Part shown: piece after piece, positions 1-10,836 of the stretch
Layout of the letters: every line of letters starts with the position of its first letter
Numbering within the stretch: position 1 is the stretch's first letter
The notes under the pieces: model-generated
Databases searched by the model: none
Told to the model about the DNA's origin: nothing
What the model saw: only the letters and a program-made list of their open reading frames with translations
Origin: Coniocarpon cinnabarinum
Lineage: Eukaryota
Assembly (NCBI GenBank): GCA_051942205.1
Contig: JAVECO010000075.1
Location: forward strand, 1-64,000
DNA length: 64,000 bases
Direction of reading: 5' to 3'
Position numbers and translations under genes: made by a program

Positions 1-600
1 TTTAATTATTTTTTACTTAAATTAATTTTTTAAGTTAAATAGTATATTTTATACTTTTTTACTAGTACTAGATCTTACTTTAAAAAAAAACTATAAAATT
101 TTATTTAAAAACTCTTTTTTCTATATTATAAATATAATAAAGCTAAGCCTAAAAATTATATTTAAAATATTATCTAAAAAACTTATAATAATATTTTTAA
201 TTTATAATTTATTACTCTTATCTAATTAAATATTAGTTCTTTCTAATATTTTACTATTTCTACTAGCTAGAAAACTAACCTATATAGAGAACTACTATTT
301 TACTATTACAACCTAGAAGTGTTATAGCAATATACTAGATAGAAAAGTTAGTTATAATTTAATATACTTAAAGTATTAAGCTATATAATACCTTCTATAA
401 GTAAATAAAATAGTATAGTACGTTTATTTAGTAATTAGTCTTAGCTCTATAAATTATAATTCATAGATATTACTAGGTGAGATACTACTATAGAGCAGTA
501 AGAGAAACATAATACCCTTCTATTACTATAGTCGATGGTTCTCTTAAAATCGCGATTACATACTAGCAGAATTATGTTATATTACTATGAAGTCTACAAT
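1..600. repeat. AT-rich, RIP-degraded sequence (probable relic of repetitive/transposon DNA; edge of an AT-rich block)
   Basis: Very high A+T. No CpA or TpG dinucleotide in bases 1-~300, while TpA/TAG/CTAG are abundant. Composition grades back to normal by ~600-750. The element family is not recognisable. Confidence 0.8.
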
Positions 601-795
601 CTCGTTACAATGATTACAAGACTAGCGTTTAGCTGGCCACAATATACTTGAAGATGCACCATAATTAGCCTCGTATCTATCAAATTACAATTATCCAATC
701 ACTCAGAGAAAGACCACTCACTTCTATATATCAAAGAGCCATTCAAATTGGTGCAAAGTGTTCGACAGCTTTGTCATGCAGTCGGGCTTTGCAGC

Positions 796-2059
796 CTAGA
801 GGTTTGCCTTAGTACCCTCCAGCCTCTTGCCACCTTGGTCGAATCTGACGACTTGGCCACTCTGCAGACTCTGCTGCAGAGCCTCTCCAATGCGCAACGC
901 TTCAATAGCAGTGTCGATGCCAAAAGGCAGGCTAGCACCAGTCAAACAAGCGGCCGTGAACTCGTTTGCCTCTGTGACAAATGCCTCGCGAAAGCGGTCG
1001 TAATAAGTCTGTGGTATTTCGCGGTGCAAGCCATCATTTTGCGCAATCTCCACCAGATTGGCTTGAGGTTGAGCATTCACTGTGATTTTTCCACTCGTGC
1101 CAATGATCTCTGTTTGATCGTGTTGGCCGTGAGGAAATGTGCGCGTAGAATAGACATACGCCATCTTGCCGTTCCAGAACTGTGCGACGTTACATGTACG
1201 TTTCTCATGGGTGTGGAAGTTTAAAAAAAACACACCTCGATGACGCCCATGCCATTGTCAACGTCTCCCCACTGCTTCATCTCTGGGTGCAGCGCTGTGA
1301 TACCAATAGCGTAACAGCTCTTGACAGTACACCCTTCCCCAAGGAACCACAAAGCAAGGTCAATGTCGTGAATATTGGCATCGACAAAAATCCCGCCGCT
1401 GGCTTTGCTGTACCCGACGAAATACCCGTCGGGACGCGTGCGATCACCGGTTTGCGAACGCACCACACATGCACGCCCAACATCCTCTCTGGCAACACGA
1501 TCATGTGCATCACGATATGAGGCATCGAAGCGACGGGAGAAGCCACAGAGGAACTTCAAATGAGGTCTCCGTTTGGCTGCCTCGATGACGCTTGTTGATA
1601 TCTCCACACTGGTGCTGATAGGCTTCTCGCAGAGTACGTGCAGATCTGCCGCGATTGCTTTCAGGCTTTGCTCAGCATGTACGGTCGTAGCGGTTGCTAC
1701 GCAGACGGCCTCAAGACCAGCGTGTTTGATCATCTCGTCGTAATCACGATAGAGCGTGACACCGTACGGCTCAAGCTCTCGGGCTGCCCATGCCAATTCC
1801 TTATCGTCTGGGGAGAATACGGCAGCTAGATTTGCGCGTGGTGTCATGTGTAGGAAATGTAGCGCATGGCGTGCCTATGTAATATCAGTCAGTCCCTGTG
1901 TTTATGGACATTAATTGACGATTGCACGTTTCGTCAAATCGCTTACACCCATTCGACCTAGGCACTTCTGATAAGAAAACAGAACACTCGCAACCTGTGA
2001 TGAGCAATACACTTACCCAAGCCTGACACAGCCACGTTTAATTTTCGCACGGAGGCCAT
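796..2059 (-). CDS. Gfo/Idh/MocA-family NAD-binding oxidoreductase, myo-/scyllo-inositol 2-dehydrogenase-like (4 exons)
   Basis: Spliced N-terminus MASVRKLNVAVSGLGRMGARHA (Rossmann GxGxxG, 11-nt micro-exon 1947-1957). Motifs HVLCEKP, GFSRRFD and SGGIFVDANIHDID. ORFs 1221-1847 and 796-1233 are joined by a GT-AG intron. Ends in ...KANL*. Confidence 0.9.
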
Positions 2060-2420
2060 GACTGCGTGAGAAAGATTTTGGCGGACAAAGAGGCACAACG
2101 TGGGTGACGTGCCGCAAGCTTGATTGATCCTGTTGAAGGCTGCGCCCAGGTCTTAAAGACTCGAGAGACTATCAGAGGTGATCAAACGTCGACTATTGCT
2201 GGACACGACAACACTGGCTCTGTGTTCTCTCCCACGACCGGTTCACCTACGCCGCTACGCAAAGATTGCAACATTCCTTAAGGGAGGGATTTTTCCAGCA
2301 CGTTTGCGGGTAACTTTGACCCGAACTTCCGAGTATTGTCCAAAATCTTGTGGTCTCAAGTCAAGTACCGCTTGTGGTCTAGAAGGCCAATGGCACTGCT
2401 CAATGTCATCTGCTCGAGTG

Positions 2421-3744
2421 CTACGGACCGCCCTCGCCGGTGGAACGAACCATCACTTTGAGAACTAATCGACCATCATCATCTCGACTTTTCGCCGCCA
2501 TCCGAAAGGCCTCCTGAACGCTATCGAGTCCGTCGAATGTATGCGTGATAAGCTTTGATAGGTCTGGCAATCGACCTTCCTGACGCATTACAATCTCGAT
2601 GCACTGAGGATATGTGTGCGCGTACCGGAAGCTGCCAACCAGATCGACCTCACGCAAGGCAGCGGCGGATACAGGTATCGTATAGACAGGGCTGCCCATG
2701 CCCACTAGCACAACCCGGCCGCCAGCTCGCGTTGCGTAGATGCCGGCTTGCCTGGAGAAAAAAAGTTGTCAGCATGGGTTTGTGCGCGTCAGTCTTGAAA
2801 GTGGCAAGACCTACGTGCTCGATGGCGCACCTGTACATTCAAAAGTGACATCAAATCCGGCGTTCGCTGTCGTTGAATTGCTCTTGAGAATAGCAGCGGC
2901 TGTCTCGTATGCCACTTGGACCGCCTCCTTCTCGTTTGTATGTTGTCGAGGATGGATATGGTAGTATGCATCGGCAAATCCGTTCCGCACTGCAAAGTCC
3001 AGTCGTCCGCGGTCGATATCGGCGACGACGACAGTTTGCGCCTCACAAACTTTGGCTACTGCTGATACGAGCATGCCTATTGCACCAGCACCGAAGACGA
3101 GCACGGTCGATCCTGCTTTTAATTGCCCACGTCGTGACGCATGTAATGCGACACTCAAGGGCTCCAACAGGGCGCCAACGTCAAGTGACACGCTTTCAGG
3201 TAATTTGTGACACCCTCATGGCCGTAGTCAGCGCCAAGGGTGATTCTGAGACGTCATGGTAATGACCTACACTTGGCGGGTGCATTGAGACGCTCTTGCA
3301 ACGTGCCTTGATAGTGAGGAAAGCTCTTCGCGGATGCTCGAAACCGCATGCTTTTGCAAATGTTGTACCTCCCGCACGAGCAGTAGTCGCAAGTACCACA
3401 GGGCTGGCCAACCTCCAACGCGACCTTATCGCCAATTTGCAGTCCCCTAACGTCACTTCCAAGCGCTTCGACAATGCCAGCCGACTCGTGTCCCAGACAC
3501 ATAGGTTCTTGCATAACTATATCCCCGTTGCGGCCGTGCCGATAGTAGTGGAGGTCCGAGCCGCATAGTCCGGTCGATCGAATGGAGACCTGGACCTCAT
3601 CCGCAGCTGGAGTCTCAAGATTCCGCCGCTCCTGCAAGATTATGAACTCATTTATATTCTCGTCCACGGCAAGGGCAACCGACCTACGGCTCTGAGATCT
3701 TCGGCGGCGTGCAGAACCAACGCCTGGATGTGTGCTCCGCTCAT
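2421..3744 (-). CDS. Zn-dependent medium-chain dehydrogenase, sorbitol/xylitol/L-idonate 5-dehydrogenase family (4 exons)
   Basis: GLCGSDLHYY and GHESAG catalytic Zn motifs, CxxCxxC...C structural Zn site, GAGAIG Rossmann motif, GSFRYA. ATG at 3744 (MSGAHIQALVLHAAEDLR). Three introns join ORFs 3254-3667, 2811-3191 and 2421-2711. Confidence 0.9.
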
Positions 3745-4402
3745 CGTGTCTGACGACCCTCTGGCGGACTGCCTTGTGTCACCAATGGCACGCGAGGGTA
3801 GTGAAGAGACCGAGAAGCGATCCCCTCAATTATCGAGGTTCACCAAGTTGGATGCCAGAGAGAGTTCAGTCACGTTGCTGGCAGATAGACAACTTCAACA
3901 ATCGGTGAAGGTCGGCCCGATGCAAACAGGTCGGCTCCCTCGATGGCGGGGAACGTTGGGAGGCAAGACTGCTTTCGTGCAACGGCGCTGTGAGATCGTT
4001 GTCGAACAGAGACATAGTATGACAAGGCCGTGTCATATCGATGAGCCTTGGACTGCAAGGGGCATGAGACCAACTTGTTTGACGAAACACGGACTCGAGC
4101 TCAATGTGTTGCGCACGTGATAGCGCATGTGTGTGACAATTCACCGCCGGGCGAATGGTCTCCGAGGCGAGCTTTGAGTGGCACGCACCTGTGTGGTCTC
4201 ACCATCATGCACGCTTCTGAGAAGACCTTTCATCAGCCAATGCTTAGCACACGACGTTGCATCATTGCACGGATATTTACCTACGTGAATGACGAACTCA
4301 TTTCCTGAAGTGTCTGTCGATCCAACAGCTTCATTGCTGCATTGAGCGCGGTTTTGTGACAAGGATCGTTGAGACTTCACACACATTCGTTGTGCTACAA
4401 CA

Positions 4403-5203
4403 ATGCCCACCTCTGCTCCCGTCCTCTCCCTTTTCTCTCTCTCCGGTAAGACGGCTCTGATCACAGGCGGTACGCGGGGCATCGGCCAGGCAATGACCAT
4501 TGCCCTTGCTGAGGCTGGCGCTGATATCATTCTCATTCAGCGAGACCCGAACAGCACGTCGACAGCTTCCCAAGTCGTCAGTCTCGGCCGCAAATGCAAG
4601 ATAGTGACCGGCGACCTATCCGATCGCACCTTTGCGTCCAACCTTGTCTGCCATGTGCAAGAACAGACAGACAACGTCTTCATAGACGTCCTAGTCAATT
4701 GTGCCGGGATCCAGCGACGCCATCCCAGCCACGAATTTCCCCAACAGGACTGGGACGAGGTCATTCAAACCAATCTGAGCACGGTATTCACGCTCTGTCG
4801 TGACGTGGGCGCGTACATGCTTTCGCATGAGGCCGATGAATATGGCCATCGTGGGTCAATAATAAACATAGCATCTTTGCTCTCCTTTCAGGGGGGGTTA
4901 ACAGTTCCAGCATACGCCGCCAGCAAAGGGGGTGTCGCGCAACTGACCAAAGCTTTGAGCAACGAATGGGCAAGCAGAGGCATTAACGTGAATGCTATTG
5001 CTCCAGGCTATGTGGCTACAGAGATGAATTCAGCACTGATGCAAGACAGCCAGAGAGCTGATGCTATCCTCTCCCGCATACCTGCTGGACGATGGGGAAA
5101 CCCCGAGGATTTCAAGGGTGTGGTGGTGTGGCTAGCTAGTCGAGCAAGCAAATACGTTAGTGGTGAAATCATTACAGTGGACGGGGGTTGGATGGGTCGA
5201 TAA
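4403..5203 (+). CDS. Short-chain dehydrogenase/reductase, KduD (2-deoxy-D-gluconate 3-dehydrogenase)/gluconate 5-dehydrogenase-like
   Basis: Intronless 266 aa. TGGTRGIG, NCAGIQRR, YAASK catalytic motif, NAIAPGY, VDGGWMGR C-terminus typical of the KduD group. Confidence 0.92.
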   Translation: MPTSAPVLSLFSLSGKTALITGGTRGIGQAMTIALAEAGADIILIQRDPNSTSTASQVVSLGRKCKIVTGDLSDRTFASNLVCHVQEQTDNVFIDVLVNCAGIQRRHPSHEFPQQDWDEVIQTNLSTVFTLCRDVGAYMLSHEADEYGHRGSIINIASLLSFQGGLTVPAYAASKGGVAQLTKALSNEWASRGINVNAIAPGYVATEMNSALMQDSQRADAILSRIPAGRWGNPEDFKGVVVWLASRASKYVSGEIITVDGGWMGR

Positions 5204-5630
5204 TCGCACGACGGCGCCTCTCGCAGATGTTAACAGCAGGCAGCAGGTGGACAACCTTTGCTTCGTCATCGTGTAGCGATTGATATATTATCTATCGATA
5301 ATAAGTAAGTCTTGGGTCTAACGGACTAGAGGTACGACGGTGGGGTATAGCAGATTCAATCACGGCTCTATGGTGGCATACCAGCACTGGATCTGCCTTT
5401 GGTGCATAATGGGTATCAAATGCCCAGCGTCAATCAACCTATTTCCATCCATCCAGCGTGATACATACAGAACTACGATGCTGGCACGAATGTTCCTGGT
5501 ATCGCGTTAAAGACGTTGACAAATGAGAGTGCAACGGGGCTAAAATATTTGCCGTTAGATTAGCTGAGGTTTGGGTTTGTCTTCGTAAAAGGTTTGTCGC
5601 CATCAGCAATCTATAATTACGATCCGAGTC

Positions 5631-6823
5631 TTATGCTGCAGTGGGGACCGTTTCTTTCGGGAAGCCTAAATCCACCCCAAAGGCAGGATACACGTATCGC
5701 TTGTATCCCTAATGACACATATCAGCGGAGCTGTGGTACTCAGGAGTAACTGACCCAAAAGTCAAATGCTTGACTCACCTGCTGCTTGTGGATGTTGCTG
5801 ATGGCTGCAACGTCGTCCTGTGAGAGCGTTGTCGAGGCCGTGTTCTCTTTGATACGACTGGGTGTCACACTCTTTGGAATGACACTAATTCCTCTTGATA
5901 TTTGCCAGCTCAACAGAATACAACCAGGAGTTACATTGTACTTCTTCGCCATATCTGTCACCACGCCATCTTTGAAGATCGGGCTTCCTGAACTGCCAAA
6001 AGGACTGTACGCAGTTACGTGGATCCTGTGTTCTGCGCAGAGATCTACGATCTCCTGCTGCGGCAAATATGGATGATTTTCGATTTGATTAACCGCAGGA
6101 CGGATTTTCACACTTGGGAGCAGCTCCTCTAGGTTGCGAACCGAGTAGTTGCAAACACCAATTGACTTTGCCTTCCCAGTAGGTACCAGCGCTTCTAATT
6201 GAGTCCATGTCTGCGTGTGTGACCAGCTCTGGTCCAGATCTCTGCTGCCATCTGCAAGCTTCGGGATCAGGGGATGGTTGCCGTTTGGGTTCATGGGTAC
6301 GGGCCTGGGCCATCTTAGTCAGTCGCTATTGTGCTCAGCTCATGATTGAGCGGTACATGAAGTAGTCACCAGTGCATTAAATAGAGGTCGACGTAGCTCA
6401 ACCCCAGTTTGGCGAGTGATTCGTCTAGGGCCTTTTCCACGCGCGAATGAAACGTGCACCACAGCTTGGTGGTAATGAAGACATCTTCGCGCTTGCAAAC
6501 ACCAGTCGAAAACGCTTCTTGGAAGGCCTCGCCAACTTCGTTCTCATTCTGGTACTGTCCACAAACAAGTCAGTACGAGGGATTTGGTTGAGGCTGGCAT
6601 GTCGACGCTGGCACACACCATGTACGCGCAGTCAACGTGACGATATCCATTCTGGAGAGCTTGAAGAACGGCATTCTTCACCTCACCAGGTGGAGATTGC
6701 CAGGTGCCGAGTCCCAAAGCAGCTGAAAACAGTGTCAGACATCCATGTCTTCGAGAGACGCAACAACAGACGGAGCCTACGGATGGTGTGGCCATTGTTA
6801 AGCGGAAACCGCTTGGTCGCCAT
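5631..6823 (-). CDS. Aldo-keto reductase, resembling fungal GAR1-type D-galacturonate/D-glucuronate reductase (5 exons)
   Basis: [73 protein letters not shown]. Last exon [17 protein letters not shown] resembles the GAR1-type C-terminus as I recall it. Confidence 0.88.
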
Positions 6824-7814
6824 AGCCTACTTCCCTGCGACTGTTGTCTGTTCTGCGGGTATGGCTTTAACAATCCCCACTGCTCATCAAGGCTTGCTTT
6901 GGGTATACAACAAGCTTGACAGGTCAGAGTCAGGCCTGTGTACATTCAAGCGTGCGAAGAAAAGATTGCTCAACTTTCTGGCACTGTCACGCCTTCACGG
7001 AAAGCCACACAACCGGGCGTTTGAGTAGCATTTTCGATGGCGTGGGTCTGCAGAGATCAGCCCCACTTGCACATCGAAATGCGGTGCGCAAAACGGGTGA
7101 ATAAATGGCGAGGCAGCTGCGGTGCCCCTCCCGACCCCGCCTTGCTGGCTGAGACGATCACGTTGTCGGATGATGGTAAGGTATTCCCCATGCCGGACAA
7201 TAGCTTCCCCGCATCACATGAGTGAACCTCTTGTAATTCGGAGGCGCGCACACACGACCCCTTGTACGTCATCTTCACCCAATAGCAGCTCCTTATTTGA
7301 GCAGACTTACGGAAGCCGGATCTTTGTTGATGCGAGGAGAGTGGCTCAGAATGAGCTAGGAATGCAGGAAAATCCGTTGAGATGATTAGCGCCGAGCTTG
7401 ATGCAATGCTGTGAGCACCCATTGCTCGGGAGCCTGACCAAAAGCTCTGCAGATACCTACCGTGATGCATGCGTTTTATTCGCAAACAGACTCTGACCAG
7501 GCTAACATACTCGTCATACGCTCACGTTCCTCCTCCTCGGCTGAAGCTAAGGGTAGGCCTAGACGCAAATACCTGCCGATGATGAGTGGAATCCGCGAAG
7601 AGAAGATCGCGAAACTATGGCCTTCGGCTTTCTTATCTGAGAACCCACATAAGTGGGCTCGTTGTCGTGTCGACCTTTCGACACCTCTCTTTCATCAAGC
7701 AACTGTAATGCTTTCGCAATAGTCTGAGGATTGTCTCCGACCTGGTCTTTACACAATGTCTTCGTGAATTGACACTTGAAAGCGCTCCAGGAAAAGCTGT
7801 GTCACGGCTGGAAC

Positions 7815-8957
7815 ATGACGGATCTTAAAACTCCGAGATCACCTTTGCCAGCGACGCTGAATGCCGATTCTGTCTGCGGCGATACCATGTTCGCCATTTC
7901 ATCGTCGACTAACCTTGCAGAAACTACTGATCAACTTGAAAGTGTCAACAAACTTAAAGCAGCCTTACACGACGATCCTAATGTCGCAATAAGTGAGCAG
8001 GGATATGCTTGGACGCCCTCGGAGTTTGATGTTGGGAAAGACAAGACCCAGTTCCGCCGATATGAAGAGGCTTGCGAGACCGTCAAGGCCTTCTATCGTG
8101 AGCAGCACGAGAAGCAAACCGTAGCCCACAATATGAAAGCGCGTCAGGCTTTCCAGAGCAGAGTTAGAGTTGAAATGACCGTCTGGCAAGCCTTGCAAAA
8201 GCTCGATACCCTCGTCGACGACTCTGACCCAGACACGTCGCTATCGCAGATTGAACACCTGCTGCAGACTGCCGAAGCTATTCGTCGAGACGGCAAACCA
8301 AGATGGATGCAGCTTGTCGGCTTGATTCACGACTTAGGCAAGCTCCTCATATTCTTCGGTGCGGAGGGCCAATGGGACGTCGTTGGCGATACGTTTCCTG
8401 TTGGCTGCGCTTTTGACAAGCGCAATGTATTGTCCGAGTCGTTCAAGCTCAACCCAGATTACAGCGATCCCATGTACTCCACGGAATGCGGAATGTACAC
8501 CCCCGAGTGCGGTCTCGATCATGTGATGCTCAGTTGGGGCCACGACGAGTACATGTTAGTACGATACCTGGCTGGAGTGGCACGCTTCGCAAATGCATAG
8601 CTGATAGGTGTCACACAGGTACAACATATGCAAAGATCAGTCCACGCTGCCGCCCGAAGGCCTGGCCATGATCAGGTATCATAGTTTTTATCCTTGGGTA
8701 AGCCCGCGCATGGTCGCTTACTTCTGTGCGCTGAGATCACGAGATACTGACATGATCCGGCGCAGCATCGGGAAGGCGCTTACATGTTCCTTTGCAACGA
8801 GCACGACTTGAAGATGCTCCATGCGGTTCGCGCGTTCAATCCATACGACCTATACTCGAAGAGTGATGACATGCCATCGTCAGAGAAGTTGAAGCCATAC
8901 TATCAAGGTTTGATAGCTGAATATTTTGGCGGAGCCGAGCGGCTGGTAAGATGGTGA
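7815..8957 (+). CDS. MIOX: myo-inositol oxygenase (3 exons)
   Basis: FRRYE, FYREQHEKQT, VDDSDPD, HLLQTAEAIR, GLIHDLGK, QWDVVGDTFPVGC, SWGHDEY, IRYHSFYPWH, FNPYDLYSKS. Two GT-AG introns near the 3' end. Confidence 0.95.
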
Positions 8958-9330
8958 CTCAATGGAACGGAGGCGCTGTTTGGTCTTGACCTGATGCGAC
9001 ACTTTTGCTAGCCGGAAGAATCACTTCTTGAGGATGTGGGATGTGTGAGTGGGGATTGACGTCCACATTTGTCGGCTCTCCGCCCCGCTTGCGCTCTTGT
9101 ACGGACGTTACATATGGTCTGTGTGTAAGTAGGGACATGACACTGGAATGAAAGTCCCCTTGATGCTTCCAGCTGGTGCATGTGCATCTTAAACAGAACG
9201 TAATAACACACGGTGGCGGTTGAGCGCCCGGCCGCAATTTCGGATTATATGATGATCCGCCTCCGTTGACCGTGTACACCGGTAACTGGCTTGCCACCTT
9301 GGATGTATCAACACATCTACGCGTCAAGCG

Positions 9331-9720
9331 ATGGCTCAAAATTCTTCAAGAGAGGCAGCGCAAGACGCCTCCTTCAATGTAACTAGCACAGCTTCATACC
9401 GCGCGAAGAATGCGTGGCCGCCTGACTTTGCTACACTGACGCCCAAGTATCAGCTGCGCCTTGAAAGGCGGTACAAGAGAAGAGCACAATTGAAATGGGC
9501 ACGGCCTCGGCTCATGGCGTGGACGCGTGTAGCTCAGTGGACGGCCGGCATAGGGATTGCTGTTTACGGGGTCTTCTTCATGGACTGGGGCAAGGAGCTG
9601 CAAAGTCCGGATCGAACAGGTAGTGGTCCGTTTGAAGGCGCTAGAATATGGCTGAAAGACGCTGTTGAAGATCTGCAAGGAGCACGCGAGCACAAACTTC
9701 GAAAATCGCCAGATGATTGA
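9331..9720 (+). CDS. Small conserved-looking fungal membrane protein of unknown function (possibly mitochondrial)
   Basis: 129 aa ORF with basic segment WPPDF...RLERRYKRRAQLKWARP followed by one hydrophobic helix. Start uncertain. Confidence 0.6.
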   Translation: MAQNSSREAAQDASFNVTSTASYRAKNAWPPDFATLTPKYQLRLERRYKRRAQLKWARPRLMAWTRVAQWTAGIGIAVYGVFFMDWGKELQSPDRTGSGPFEGARIWLKDAVEDLQGAREHKLRKSPDD

Positions 9721-10836
9721 GCGAGCGGAAACGGATAAAGAATGCCCTTTGGAGGTGTATGTCTCAATACTTCAAATTCGCCCAAATCATGCTTGGCTCT
9801 GGTACTTGACTGCAGAACCTGATACGAAGCATACATTTAGCGCATTGCCTTTCTTGACTGAGAATGGCCTAGATCGACCACCTTCAAATCTGCTTTCGAT
9901 ATGCAGAGAACAACATGGAGCCAGCGAACGCCAATTTGAGTTTAAGATATGATATAGGCGAAATAATACCTCGTGATGGGCTTCAAAACGTTTCTTGTGG
10001 ACAAAAGTTTTACACGGAAACGACGCATCTTTGATTGTATCTGTCTCCGGTCAAATAAGTCAGGGTTTTAGGTCTGGGTTCGACGCTATTTGACATACAA
10101 TACGAAGAATGCAGTACCTATAGCACGAGACAGCGAAGAAATCGGGCTTCGAACCAAATCTTCAGTACATCTCAAGCTACCGGAGGGCACAACGAGTAAA
10201 TGAACAAGGCGTGGGAAAAGCTCTCGAAACGTGAAATTTCACGGGCCCAAGGGCCATTGCCTGCGGGCTGTGCGTGCTTGTGCGCCGAGAAATTCTGTTT
10301 TCTGGTCAACTTACGTGGAGTGGCTGCTTGAGATGTTCTGCGGTCCAAGATCTGGTTGTATACCCCACTGGAGACGTGTGTGGAACCAAGACAGATCCGT
10401 GAAACTCATCGAGACGGGCTCCGAAAGCACCGTTGCATATCTCAAGCATGCACAGGTGCCAGTATCGTTACGGCAACATGTTACAAGGTCCAGTGCAATG
10501 CTTAGGTGAAAGAAACAGCTCACTCGTATGGGATAGACTGTAGCTCCAACAACGTCGGGGATAGTATGTAAGCACTCTACGTCAAAGCACAAATGACTGA
10601 GGTAGTCTATGATGCTTGACGGGCCATCTTGGACATTGTCAAGTCGGGCACGTATATTACATGTAGATTGGTATTGATAGACAAGGAGGAGTCGTCGTCT
10701 GTCGAGACTCATTCCGTTCATGCACGAGAGCTTCCGGAGGATGTGTTCCGAGTGCGCACGCCCAACACCCAACGATGTCGCTTGTCCGATGCAAAGGTGA
10801 GGCAAGTCTAGTTGCCAAACTGGTGTATCCTTTTCT

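Noticed and set aside
748..1224. 158-aa plus-strand ORF
   Set aside because: Antisense shadow of the Gfo/Idh/MocA gene; no motifs.
6900..7760. Several 60-140 aa ORFs between AKR and MIOX
   Set aside because: No recognisable protein features; best explained as the divergent promoter region.
8955..9011. Readthrough/PTS1 search at MIOX and several other enzyme stop codons
   Set aside because: MIOX has TGA CTC and its extension ends HFC. No PTS1 was found after the other enzyme stops examined, except for the epimerase.
10075..10090. GGGTTCGAC T-loop-like motif (possible tRNA)
   Set aside because: No pairing T-stem, acceptor stem or D-arm could be built.
10230..10243. Perfect 14-bp palindrome CGTGAAATTTCACG
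   Set aside because: A few palindromes of this length are expected by chance in 64 kb; no supporting context.
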